Below, one piece after another: positions 40,960 through 50,407 of a DNA stretch of 64,000 nucleotides (positions are counted from its first letter, which is position 1; every line of letters starts with the position of its first letter). A model generated the notes under the pieces. That model was not told where the DNA came from. It saw only the letters and a program-made list of their open reading frames with translations, and did not search any database. The stretch is from Lachnospiraceae bacterium (GTDB taxonomy: Bacteria; Bacillota; Clostridia; Lachnospirales; Lachnospiraceae). A program made the position numbers and the translations under genes. The stretch is from contig JAAUZI010000049.1 of assembly GCA_014804645.1 (NCBI GenBank), positions 1,680-65,679 of the forward strand. The letters run 5' to 3'.

Positions 40960-43900
40960 ATGAACATAGCAGAAATCTTTTTGACAATGGTAAACAGGAG
41001 CATTACAGCGGGCATTGTGATTCTGGCCGTACTGCTGGTGAGAGCGTTGCTGGGGCGGCTAAACGTACCCAGGCGGTATATCTATCTGCTGTGGCTCATA
41101 CCGGCTCTGCGCCTGCTGTGTCCGGTGACGCTCTCCTCCGTCACAAGTCTGTTCAATCTCCCGGTATTTGACCGGGCCGTACAGACGGAGACAGGGCTGA
41201 CCTATCTGCCGGAGGAACTGACGGAGTTGGCGCAGTCTGGGGAGCAGCCCGGGGAAACTATGGGCGGTGTGCAGAACGGCTCCTACGGCATGGGCGCTGT
41301 GCGGCGGGATATCGGGGAACCGGCTAACTATTATGGGGGTCAGGTATTTGAACTGCCACCACGGCGTCCCGAGCGAGAGGGCGGCTTAGACAGTCTGGCG
41401 GCGGTGAAACTCTCCGATTCCGTGGACTGGGGGCGAATGGCTCTGCATGGTCTGGTGGGCGCCTGGCTTGCGGGTGTAGCGGCGCTGACCTTCCGGCAGC
41501 TGTGGGCCTACGGCAGGATTCGCAGACAGGTGGCCCAAGCGGTGCGCTTTGAGGACCAAAACAATGTTTTTATTTGTGAAAATATAGGTACGCCCTTTGC
41601 CATGGGCGTATGGCGCAGCAAAATATATATTCCCTGCCGCATGGAGGAGAGGGAGCTGCCCTATGTTCTGCTGCACGAGCAATATCACATACGGCGGCAT
41701 GACCTGTGGGTCCGGCTGCTGGCCTGCGTCCTGCAGATTATTTACTGGTACAATCCTCTGATATGGGTGGCGGTCCGATGTATGGAGCGGGATATGGAGA
41801 TGCGCTGTGACGAGTACGTGCTGGGCAGATTGGGAGAGAATATTCGATACGATTACAGTTTTTCTCTGCTGTCCTATGCCGTGGGGAGACGTTGCCGCCC
41901 CATGGACATGACCGCCTTTGGAGAGTCAGGGACAGGAAGAAGAGTAAATCATGTGCTGCGATACAAAAAGGCAGGAATCTGCATTACTATATTGGCGGTG
42001 ATAGCTATATTGGCGGTATCGGCGGTCTGCCTGACGGATCGAAAGCCACGGGAGGACAGTCTGCCCGAGGAGACAGCCCATGTGGAAAAGACCTATTTCT
42101 GGGGACAGCAGGAGCTAAAAATCCAGCTTCCGCAGGGCACATCACCAGTCATGTCTCTGGTGGGACGCAGCACAGTAGACCTTCCGTCCGCCACGGAGAC
42201 TGGGGACTATGGCAGCGGCACGTATTGCGTGGGGGAGCACTGCTTTTTCCTGGTGCGTCCCCTTTACGCGGAGGATGAGGTGTCCTACGAAATGCAGGTG
42301 TTTGACGGGGACAGGAAGGAGTGGAGCGGCGGCTTTTTGGAGCTGGAGCTGCTGGAGCAGGGATATCTGTATGATATGTTTGCCGTCTCCGACGAGGAAC
42401 TGGTGTACCTGATCACCGTCAAGGACGGCTGGCGGTATGAGGCATACTACGCAGTGCATGTAAACCGGGCGGGGGAGGAGCTGAAAAGGGTGGATCTGCT
42501 GCCCATATGTCAGGAACTGGACATGGTGCAGGAGCAGGTGCTGCCCACCAATATCTGTGTGGACAGCCAGGGAAACTACTATATAGTATCCTTTGACGGC
42601 AAGCAGATGGCGATTCTGGACGGGGAGGGAAACCTTCTGGAAGACCGGGATTGCAGTGTCCGGTACAAGAAGATTATTCCCTGGATGACCGCAGGGCCGG
42701 ACGGGGGCATCCTGACCCAGGGGTATCATGAGACAGACGGCATGGAATGGCTGTGGCTGGAGGGAGAGCAGGAAAAGCACCTGGGAGGTGTGCGGGGCGG
42801 CAGCTTTTCAGACCGGATCATTCCCCTGGACAATGGTATTTACTATTATATTACGGGCGAAAAAAAGATATATCAGGGGGATGAAAAAACGGGGGATGCG
42901 GAGTTTTTGTTTGACGCCGGAAATATCATCGGAGCCTGGGGTGAGGTGACGGTCAACGAGGAAGGCGAGATACTGCTTTTTACTTTGAAGGAAGACTGCG
43001 CTGTGGCCTATGTGCTAAACCGCGCCGGGGAGACCGAGATGGGACAGGGGGGCGAAAACATAACAGTTACTGATCCCTTGTATGTCATTGATATCCAGAG
43101 CTGGAGGGGGGAACAGAAAGGTGTGGAGTTCACTCTGCCAATATTTATGGCGGACCATCCCGAATATGCCTTTGATCTGCATGTGGTGCCGGAAACGACA
43201 AGAGAAGAGCGAAGCGCCGTCCACGACAGGGTGTGGAATGAGCTGATAGCCGGGAAAGGTCCGGATATATTATTTATTGATGAGGAGGATTTGTCCGCCC
43301 TCTGGGAAAAGGGTGTGCTGATGGATCTGAGAGAGCTGGTCAGTCAGGAGACGCTGGACCAGATTTATCCCGGTCTGCTGGCTACGGGAACCATTGATGG
43401 CAGCCTGGCCGGAGTCAGTGATAACTATTATATTAATTCCATGGTGACCAGCACGGAGATATGGTCGGAGGAGGAATGGACCGTGGAGGATGTGGTGGGC
43501 ATGCTGGAGACAGGAGAATTTCCCCATGCGATGTCCAACCTGGGCTCCCAATATTGTGGCGGCAATACTCTTGTATGGATACTGGTGGGCCACGATATGG
43601 CCAACTCTCCTTTTATTGACTGGGAGAAAGGAACCTGCAGCTTTGACAGTGAACTGTTCCTTCGGCTGCTGAAGGTGGCAAAGCAGTATGACTATGATAG
43701 CACCGTGGAGGTAGAAGGCATGGAGCAGGATTATCTGGCGGCATACTCGCAGCTGCTGGAGGGCGGACTTCTGGCTGTGGAGTGCGGTATCTTTGCCCAG
43801 GATGATTATGTAAGGATCAGGCAGCGAATGGGAGAGAAATACAACCGGCCCGGCATACCGGGAGCCACGGGTTCCAGACAGGTGCCTGAACCCAGAGGAT

Positions 43901-44331
43901 ATTATGTGGTAAACAAAAACTGTGCCAATAAGGAGGCGGCAGCGGCATATCTGGAATTTGTGCTGAGCGAGGATAATATCAGGGACTATAGGAGAGACTG
44001 CCAGGATACTCTGATCTTCAGAGACTGGGAAGGGAAATGGGCCGTGGGCATAAGAGACATAACCGGTTCCTATATCTCCTATCTGCTGGACAGAAACGAT
44101 CCGGCTCTGTTTGATGAGGAGATGCCGGAAATCTATAAGGAGTATCTGAGATACAGCGAGGATTACTATGATTACATGGAAACTCTGAAAGGAAGTCTTC
44201 CGGCGGATGATTATATAGTAAATATCATTCTGGAGGAGATAGATAACTATTTAGAGGGAAACCAGAGCGCGGAGCATGTGGCGGATGTCATCCAGCAACG
44301 GGTGCAAATCTATCTGAGCGAGCGGCAGTAA
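40960..44331 (+). CDS. BlaR1-type M56 metallopeptidase fused to a beta-rich domain and a solute-binding-protein-like domain (paralog 1)
   Basis: M56 motifs HEQYHIRRHD, YWYNPL, EMRCDE; SBP-like ELIAGKGPDI, GVLMDL, NKEAAAAYLEF, RVQIYLSE. Confidence 0.85.
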   Translation: MNIAEIFLTMVNRSITAGIVILAVLLVRALLGRLNVPRRYIYLLWLIPALRLLCPVTLSSVTSLFNLPVFDRAVQTETGLTYLPEELTELAQSGEQPGETMGGVQNGSYGMGAVRRDIGEPANYYGGQVFELPPRRPEREGGLDSLAAVKLSDSVDWGRMALHGLVGAWLAGVAALTFRQLWAYGRIRRQVAQAVRFEDQNNVFICENIGTPFAMGVWRSKIYIPCRMEERELPYVLLHEQYHIRRHDLWVRLLACVLQIIYWYNPLIWVAVRCMERDMEMRCDEYVLGRLGENIRYDYSFSLLSYAVGRRCRPMDMTAFGESGTGRRVNHVLRYKKAGICITILAVIAILAVSAVCLTDRKPREDSLPEETAHVEKTYFWGQQELKIQLPQGTSPVMSLVGRSTVDLPSATETGDYGSGTYCVGEHCFFLVRPLYAEDEVSYEMQVFDGDRKEWSGGFLELELLEQGYLYDMFAVSDEELVYLITVKDGWRYEAYYAVHVNRAGEELKRVDLLPICQELDMVQEQVLPTNICVDSQGNYYIVSFDGKQMAILDGEGNLLEDRDCSVRYKKIIPWMTAGPDGGILTQGYHETDGMEWLWLEGEQEKHLGGVRGGSFSDRIIPLDNGIYYYITGEKKIYQGDEKTGDAEFLFDAGNIIGAWGEVTVNEEGEILLFTLKEDCAVAYVLNRAGETEMGQGGENITVTDPLYVIDIQSWRGEQKGVEFTLPIFMADHPEYAFDLHVVPETTREERSAVHDRVWNELIAGKGPDILFIDEEDLSALWEKGVLMDLRELVSQETLDQIYPGLLATGTIDGSLAGVSDNYYINSMVTSTEIWSEEEWTVEDVVGMLETGEFPHAMSNLGSQYCGGNTLVWILVGHDMANSPFIDWEKGTCSFDSELFLRLLKVAKQYDYDSTVEVEGMEQDYLAAYSQLLEGGLLAVECGIFAQDDYVRIRQRMGEKYNRPGIPGATGSRQVPEPRGYYVVNKNCANKEAAAAYLEFVLSEDNIRDYRRDCQDTLIFRDWEGKWAVGIRDITGSYISYLLDRNDPALFDEEMPEIYKEYLRYSEDYYDYMETLKGSLPADDYIVNIILEEIDNYLEGNQSAEHVADVIQQRVQIYLSERQ

Positions 44332-44357
44332 AACAGAGCAAATGGGGAAGAAGACTT

Positions 44358-47300
44358 ATGAACATAACGGAAATCTTTTTGACAATGGTAAACAGGAGTA
44401 TTACGGCGGGCATTGTGATTCTGGCCGTGCTGCTGGTGAGAGCATTCCTGGGGCGTTTGAACGTACCCAGACGGTATATCTACCTGCTGTGGCTCATACC
44501 GGCTCTGCGCCTGCTGTGCCCGGTGACGCTCTCCTCCGTCACAAGCCTGTTCAATCTCCCGGTATTTGACCGGGCGGTGCAGACGGAGACAGGGCTGACC
44601 TATCTGCCGGAGGAGCTGACGGAGCTGGCGCAGTCTGGGGAGCAGCCCGGGGAGACTATGGGCAGCGTGCAGAACGGCTCCTACGGCATGGGCGCTGTGC
44701 GGCGGGATATCGGGGAACCGGCTAACTATTATGGGGGCCGGATATTTGATCTGCCGCCACAGCGTCCCGAGCGAGAGGACGGCTCAGACAGTCTGGCCGC
44801 GGCGGAACTCTCCGATCCCGTGGACTGGGGGCGAATGGCTCTGCATGGTATGGCCTGTGTCTGGCTGGCAGGAATGGCATTTCTGGCGTTTCGGCAGCTG
44901 TACGCCTACGGCAGGATACGCAGACAGGTGGCCTGCGCGGTGCGCCTTGAGGACGAGAGCGGCGGCAATGTCTATGAATGTGAGAAGATCAGCACTCCCT
45001 TCACCATGGGAGCGCTGCGCGGCAGGATATATCTTCCCTGTCATATGGCGGAGGAGGAACAGAAATATGTGCTGCTCCATGAGCGATACCATATCCGGCG
45101 TCATGACCTTCGGGTCCGGCTGCTGGCCTGTGTCCTGCAGGTGGTCTATTGGTACAATCCCCTGGTATGGGTGGCGGTCCGCTGTATGGAGCGGGATATG
45201 GAGATGCGCTGCGACGAGTATGTGCTGGAGCAGATGGGGGAGGACATACGGTATGATTACAGCTTATCCCTGCTGTCCTATGCAGCGGGCAGACGTTACC
45301 GGCCTCTGAACGTGGCGGCCTTTGGGGAATCGGGAACAGGAAAGAGGGTGAAACATGTGTTAAAGTACAAAAAAACGGGTATCTGTATCATTGCTCTTGC
45401 GGTGGTGGCTATATTGGCAGCATCGGTGGTCTGCCTGACGGATCGAAAGCCCCGGGAGGAGAATCTGCCGGAGGAGACGGACTCAGTAGAAAAGACTTAT
45501 TTCTGGGGACGGCAGGAGCTGCAGATCCAGCTTGGACAGGGTGCGGCGCCCGCCATGTCTCTGGCGGGCCGCAGCATAGTGGACCTTCCGTCCGCCACGG
45601 AGGCGGGAGACTATGGCAGCGGCACGTATTGCGTGGGGGAGCACTGCTTTTTTCTGATGCGTCCCCTTTATGCGGAGGATGCGGTGTCCTACGAAATGCA
45701 GGTGTTTGACGGGGACAGGAAGGAGTGGAGCAGCGGTTTTTTGGAGCTGGAGCTGCTGGAACAAGGATACCTGTACAGTATGTTTGCCGTCTCTGATGAG
45801 GAGATAGTATATTTGATCACCGTTATGGACGGTCGGCAGTATGAGGCATACTACGCAGTGCATGTAAACCGGGCGGGAGAGGAGCTGAAAAGGGTGGATC
45901 TGCTGCCCATATGTCAGGAGCTGAACATGATACAGGAGCAGGTGCCGCCCACCAATATCTGTGTGGACAGCCAGGGAAACTACTATATAGTATCCTTTGA
46001 CGGCAAGCAGATGGCGATTCTGGACGGGGAGGGAAATCTTCTGGGAGAACGGGATTGCAGTGTCCGGTACAAGAAGATTATTCCCTGGATGACCGCAGGG
46101 CCGGATGGAGGCATCCTGACCCATGGGTATCATGAGACAGACGGCATGGAATGGGTGTGGCTGGAGGGAGAGCAGGAAAAGCATCTGGGAGGTGTGCAAG
46201 GCGGCAGCTTTTCAGACCGGATCATTCCCCTGGACAATGGTATATACTATTATATTACGGGCGAAAAAAAGATATATCAGGGGGATGAAAAAACAGGGGA
46301 TGCGGAGTTTTTGTTTGATGCCGGAAATATCATCGGAACCTGGGGTGAGGTGACGGTCAACGGGGAGGGAGAGGTACTGCTTTTTGTCCTGAAGGACGAC
46401 TGCGCCGTGGCTTATGTGCTGAATCGCGCCGGGGAGACCGAGATGGGGGAGGGCGGCGAGTCCATCCTCATCACAGATCCCCTGTATGCCACCAGCATTG
46501 CAAACTGGCAATTTACCGTGGATATAGAAAACACCCTGCCGATATTCATGGCGGAACACCCGGAGTATGCCTTTGATCTGCAGGTGGTGCCAGAAACGAC
46601 AAGGGAAGAGCGCAGCGCCGTCCACGACAGGGTGTGGAGCGAGCTGATAGCCGGAAAAGGTCCGGATATATTCTTTATTGACAAGGAGGATCTGGATGCT
46701 CTGTGGGAAAAGGGTGTGTTGATGGATCTGAGAGAACTGGTCAGCCAGGAGACGCTGGACCAGATTTATCCCGGCCTGCTGGCTACGGGAACCATTGACG
46801 GCAGTCTGGCCGGAGTCAGTACTTTCTATAATATCAACTCCATGGTGACCAGCACGGAAATATGGCCGGAGGCGGAATGGACCGTGGAGGAGATGGTGGC
46901 CCTGTTGGAGGCGGGGGAATATCCCAAGGCTTTCAACCGAATGTATGGGTACGTCGGAGACAGCCTTCTTGTGTATATGTTGACATGCTATGATATGGCC
47001 GGTTCCCCCTTTATCGATTGGGACGCAGGAACCTGCAGCTTTGACAGTGACCTGTTCATTCGGCTGTTGAACGCGGCAAAGCAGTACCGGACTGAGTCGA
47101 GTGTAGCAGATGGAGGTACCTTTAGTTTTAGTATAGAAGGAATGTATGAAGATCTGTTGGACGGCAATTGCCTGGCAGTCGTAGATATAGTTGCAGATCG
47201 GGGGCAGTTTGTGACGATAAAGCAATTTATGGGGGACAAGTATAATAGACCTGGCATACCGGGGGATGGCGGCTCCAGCCAGGTGGTTAACCCTATAGGT

Positions 47301-47738
47301 TTTTACGTGGTGAATAGGAACTGCAAAAATAAGGAGGCGGCAGCGGCATATCTGGAATTTTTGATGAGCGCCCAGATTATGGGAGATTACCGGAGGGATT
47401 GCCGTGACACCTTCGAGGTCGTCAGGGACTGGGAAGGCAAATGGGCCATAATTAAGCGGAGTCCCACCGGAGGCTATGAATATCATTATCTGCTGAAACA
47501 AAACGACCCCGCCATATTTAGCGAGGAGATGCCAGAGTGCTATGTAGAATATCTGGAGTGCTGTGAGGCCTATTATGCCTACATGGAATCCCTGGAGGGA
47601 CAGTCGCCCGTGGACAGCAGGATAGAGGACATTATCGAGGAAGAAATTGCTAGTTTCTTTGGGGGAAATCAGAGCGCGGAGCATGTGGCGGATGTCATTC
47701 AGAGACGTGTGCAGCTCTATCTGAGTGAGCAGCAGTAA
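44358..47738 (+). CDS. BlaR1-type M56/SBP fusion (paralog 2)
   Basis: HERYHIRRHD; colinear with and locally near-identical to paralog 1. Confidence 0.85.
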   Translation: MNITEIFLTMVNRSITAGIVILAVLLVRAFLGRLNVPRRYIYLLWLIPALRLLCPVTLSSVTSLFNLPVFDRAVQTETGLTYLPEELTELAQSGEQPGETMGSVQNGSYGMGAVRRDIGEPANYYGGRIFDLPPQRPEREDGSDSLAAAELSDPVDWGRMALHGMACVWLAGMAFLAFRQLYAYGRIRRQVACAVRLEDESGGNVYECEKISTPFTMGALRGRIYLPCHMAEEEQKYVLLHERYHIRRHDLRVRLLACVLQVVYWYNPLVWVAVRCMERDMEMRCDEYVLEQMGEDIRYDYSLSLLSYAAGRRYRPLNVAAFGESGTGKRVKHVLKYKKTGICIIALAVVAILAASVVCLTDRKPREENLPEETDSVEKTYFWGRQELQIQLGQGAAPAMSLAGRSIVDLPSATEAGDYGSGTYCVGEHCFFLMRPLYAEDAVSYEMQVFDGDRKEWSSGFLELELLEQGYLYSMFAVSDEEIVYLITVMDGRQYEAYYAVHVNRAGEELKRVDLLPICQELNMIQEQVPPTNICVDSQGNYYIVSFDGKQMAILDGEGNLLGERDCSVRYKKIIPWMTAGPDGGILTHGYHETDGMEWVWLEGEQEKHLGGVQGGSFSDRIIPLDNGIYYYITGEKKIYQGDEKTGDAEFLFDAGNIIGTWGEVTVNGEGEVLLFVLKDDCAVAYVLNRAGETEMGEGGESILITDPLYATSIANWQFTVDIENTLPIFMAEHPEYAFDLQVVPETTREERSAVHDRVWSELIAGKGPDIFFIDKEDLDALWEKGVLMDLRELVSQETLDQIYPGLLATGTIDGSLAGVSTFYNINSMVTSTEIWPEAEWTVEEMVALLEAGEYPKAFNRMYGYVGDSLLVYMLTCYDMAGSPFIDWDAGTCSFDSDLFIRLLNAAKQYRTESSVADGGTFSFSIEGMYEDLLDGNCLAVVDIVADRGQFVTIKQFMGDKYNRPGIPGDGGSSQVVNPIGFYVVNRNCKNKEAAAAYLEFLMSAQIMGDYRRDCRDTFEVVRDWEGKWAIIKRSPTGGYEYHYLLKQNDPAIFSEEMPECYVEYLECCEAYYAYMESLEGQSPVDSRIEDIIEEEIASFFGGNQSAEHVADVIQRRVQLYLSEQQ

Positions 47739-47765
47739 AAAGTGGTAAAAAGTTGAAAAACTGTA

Positions 47766-47794
47766 TTGACAGCGGGAAAAACCTATAATATAAT
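47766..47794 (+). promoter_or_regulatory. Sigma-A promoter of rplM-rpsI
   Basis: Consensus TTGACA-N17-TATAAT. Confidence 0.88.
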
Positions 47795-47799
47795 ATATC

Positions 47800-47974
47800 A
47801 CTGTGACGGAGTTTGTACGTCACCCGGCCATGCTGAGTCAAAGCCCCGATGAGGCATGGAGAAAAGATCAATCAGGTTTCGGATTTTCTTGAGCTGTAGC
47901 CGGACATCTGCAGCGCCTGAGAGGAAGAGACCATCTCAACAAGTCGAATGACAAAGTAATACGGAGGTAATGTA
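47800..47974 (+). ncRNA. rplM 5' leader (candidate L13 leader)
   Basis: Structured ~175-nt UTR with hairpins GTGACG/CGTCAC and CCATGC/GCATGG enclosing AAGCCCCG. Confidence 0.5.
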
Positions 47975-48403
47975 ATGAAAACATTTATGGCTAGTCCAGC
48001 TACTATCGATAGAAAATGGTATGTAGTAGACGCTACAGATCAGACCCTGGGCCGTTTGGCATCTGAGATTGCCAAGGTACTCAGAGGAAAGAATAAGGCA
48101 ATCTTTACTCCTCATATGGATTGCGGCGATTATGTGATCGTAATCAATGCGGAGAAGGTTAAGGTTACAGGCAAGAAGTTAGACCAGAAAATATATCATC
48201 ATCATTCCGACTATGTCGGCGGCATGAAAGAGACCACCCTGAGAGAGAAGATGGCGAAGAAACCTGAGCAGGTGATTGAGCTGGCTGTCAAGGGTATGCT
48301 GCCTAAGGGACCTTTAGGAAGACAGATGTACACCAAGCTGCATGTATACGCAGGGCCTGAGCACAACCATGCCGCTCAGAAACCTGAAGTACTGACATTC
48401 TAA
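47975..48403 (+). CDS. rplM: 50S ribosomal protein L13
   Basis: [20 protein letters not shown]. Confidence 0.98.
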   Translation: MKTFMASPATIDRKWYVVDATDQTLGRLASEIAKVLRGKNKAIFTPHMDCGDYVIVINAEKVKVTGKKLDQKIYHHHSDYVGGMKETTLREKMAKKPEQVIELAVKGMLPKGPLGRQMYTKLHVYAGPEHNHAAQKPEVLTF

Positions 48404-48425
48404 AGGACGGAAAGGAGAATAGATC

Positions 48426-48821
48426 ATGGCTAAGACAGCAAAATACTACGGAACTGGTAGAAGAAAGAAGTCCATCGCAAGAGTATATCTGGTACCCGGC
48501 AAGGGCGATGTGACCATCAATAAGAGAAATATGGACGATTACTTTGGTCTGGAGACACTGAAGGTGATCGTGCGTCAGCCCCTGGTAGCTACAGATACCG
48601 TTGACAAGTTTGATATCATTGTCAATGTAAAGGGCGGCGGATATACCGGCCAGGCAGGAGCCATTAGACACGGCGTTGCAAGAGCGCTGCTGCAGGCGGA
48701 TGCCGATTACAGACCCACTCTGAAGAAGGCGGGCTATCTGACAAGAGACCCTCGTATGAAGGAGAGAAAGAAGTATGGTCTGAAGGCTGCGAGACGCGCA
48801 CCTCAGTTCAGCAAGAGATAA
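48426..48821 (+). CDS. rpsI: 30S ribosomal protein S9
   Basis: [24 protein letters not shown]. Confidence 0.98.
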   Translation: MAKTAKYYGTGRRKKSIARVYLVPGKGDVTINKRNMDDYFGLETLKVIVRQPLVATDTVDKFDIIVNVKGGGYTGQAGAIRHGVARALLQADADYRPTLKKAGYLTRDPRMKERKKYGLKAARRAPQFSKR

Positions 48822-48850
48822 ACAGAAGAGCTACAAAGATTCAATATATT

Positions 48851-48880
48851 ACTCCGCAGGTTTTCCTGCGGAGTTTTTTT
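48851..48880 (+). terminator. Terminator after rpsI
   Basis: ACTCCGCAGG/CCTGCGGAGT stem plus T tract. Confidence 0.88.
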
Positions 48881-48958
48881 ATGTGTGCAACGGTTTCTGG
48901 GCCATACTCCTGAAATTTTCTATATTATAAGAAAATATCCATCTAAATTAAAAATTAC

Positions 48959-48987
48959 TTGATAATATCTATGACATGAATTATACT
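48959..48987 (+). promoter_or_regulatory. Promoter of first XRE gene
   Basis: TTGATA-N17-TATACT. Confidence 0.65.
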
Positions 48988-49042
48988 ATTAAAAGAATTC
49001 GATTGTGGAATTTATGGAAATAGTACATAGGAGAACAATGGT

Positions 49043-49495
49043 ATGAGCTTTGGAAATAAACTGTATCAGTTAAGAACCGAGAGAGGAATTTACCAGAAAG
49101 AACTGGCGGAGTATCTGGCCGTTTCGATAGGGACGATTTCCAATTATGAGAACAGTGTACATAGCCCGGACTTGGAGACCCTGTGCAGATTTGCGGAATA
49201 TTTCCAGGTGTCTACGGACTTTTTGCTGGAACTCACTGACAATGCGGAAACTATGGAGAATCTGAATGTGCAGCTCTCGGAGGGTCATACGGTCGGAAAC
49301 GCCCTGAATTCCATTCAAGAGTTGTCCATGCCCGGACGCCAGAAAATGATCAAATATCTGACCATGATTAATATATATGAGGAGATGCCCAAAAAGGAGA
49401 GGATTATCGGCAAACAGAAACAGATCATAGACCAGCAGGCTCTGGAAATCAGCCGTCTTAAGGAACGCCTGGAGAGTTTAGAGAAAAATTTGTAA
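49043..49495 (+). CDS. XRE-family HTH regulator with C-terminal coiled coil (paralog 1)
   Basis: LRTERGIYQKELA...TISNYE...VSTDFLL. Confidence 0.9.
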   Translation: MSFGNKLYQLRTERGIYQKELAEYLAVSIGTISNYENSVHSPDLETLCRFAEYFQVSTDFLLELTDNAETMENLNVQLSEGHTVGNALNSIQELSMPGRQKMIKYLTMINIYEEMPKKERIIGKQKQIIDQQALEISRLKERLESLEKNL

Positions 49496-49524
49496 AATAT
49501 AAGAAGATTATGTCAGAAAATCAG

Positions 49525-49553
49525 TTGATAATATCTAGAATACATATTATAAT
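49525..49553 (+). promoter_or_regulatory. Promoter of second XRE gene
   Basis: TTGATA-N17-TATAAT; shares TTGATAATATCTA with the first. Confidence 0.7.
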
Positions 49554-49588
49554 ATCGCATAGGGGTTTAGATATGGGGGAATTGCAAT

Positions 49589-50116
49589 ATGAATTTCGGA
49601 GAAAAGCTATTTCAACTGAGAACTGAACGGGGAATTTATCAAAAGCAGCTGGCGGAGTATCTGTCTGTGTCAATAGGCACTATATCCAACTATGAGAACA
49701 GTGTACATTATCCGGATTTGGAGACTCTGTGCAGGTTTGCTGAATATTTCAAGGTATCCACAGATTATCTTCTGGACCTCACGGGAAACGCAATGCCCAT
49801 TGATAGTCTGAATACACAGTTGACGGACGGGTACACGGTGGGCGGCGCCCTGAACATTATACTTGAACTTTCCCAGCCCAGCCGCCAGAGACTCGGCAAA
49901 TATCTGGCCATGCTCAAGACATGCGAGGAAATGCCCCAGAAGGAGCAGACTATCCGCAGTCAAAAGCAGTTGATCAAGCACCAGAAACAGGTGATTGAAC
50001 GGCTGAATCAGACGATTGACAGACAGGCCGGGGTAATTCTTGAACTGAGGGAGCAACTTAAGGAAAAAAAAGTTGAAATTCCCCCTAAAGTATTTTCTGA
50101 AGCCACCGATATATAA
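49589..50116 (+). CDS. XRE-family HTH regulator with longer coiled coil (paralog 2)
   Basis: HTH nearly identical to paralog 1. Confidence 0.9.
   Translation: MNFGEKLFQLRTERGIYQKQLAEYLSVSIGTISNYENSVHYPDLETLCRFAEYFKVSTDYLLDLTGNAMPIDSLNTQLTDGYTVGGALNIILELSQPSRQRLGKYLAMLKTCEEMPQKEQTIRSQKQLIKHQKQVIERLNQTIDRQAGVILELREQLKEKKVEIPPKVFSEATDI
50086..50112 (+). promoter_or_regulatory. Sigma-28 promoter, distal, inside the 3' end of XRE gene 2
   Basis: TAAA-N15-ACCGATAT. Confidence 0.65.
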
Positions 50117-50191
50117 TATGTCGGAAGGACAGGAGGATTACAGAGCCTGAAGGAAAAATAAAATAAAATAAAAAAATTTTTCAAAAAGCTC

Positions 50192-50218
50192 TAAAGTTTT
50201 CCAGAAACCCACCGATAT
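50192..50218 (+). promoter_or_regulatory. Sigma-28 promoter of flagellin, proximal
   Basis: TAAA-N15-ACCGATAT preceded by A-tract UP element. Confidence 0.85.
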
Positions 50219-50366
50219 ACATAACAAGTAAAGCGAATGAACGAAAGTTCAGAGCTTACCACCAACGTAATCGAGAACTGATCCGCACAATCAGGGACAG
50301 GTTACAGTAACATTTGCCGGGATGGCGATACGTGCGAATCGAAGGAACGGCAAGCAAAAATAATAA

Positions 50367-50400
50367 GCCGCAAGGAAGCGGCGTCAAAATTCAAGGAGGA
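50367..50400 (+). promoter_or_regulatory. Candidate CsrA sites in flagellin 5' UTR
   Basis: GCCGC-AAGGAA-GCGGC hairpin with GGA in loop just upstream of SD AAGGAGGA, as in Bacillus hag. Confidence 0.65.
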
Positions 50401-50407
50401 ATATATT

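Noticed and set aside
40960-47738. Paralog pair as a diversity-generating retroelement target/template
   Set aside because: No reverse transcriptase in the window; the differences include indels and are not adenine-specific.
50225-50407. c-di-GMP riboswitch in the flagellin leader
   Set aside because: A GAAA hairpin is present, but the conserved class I/II core sequences were not found.
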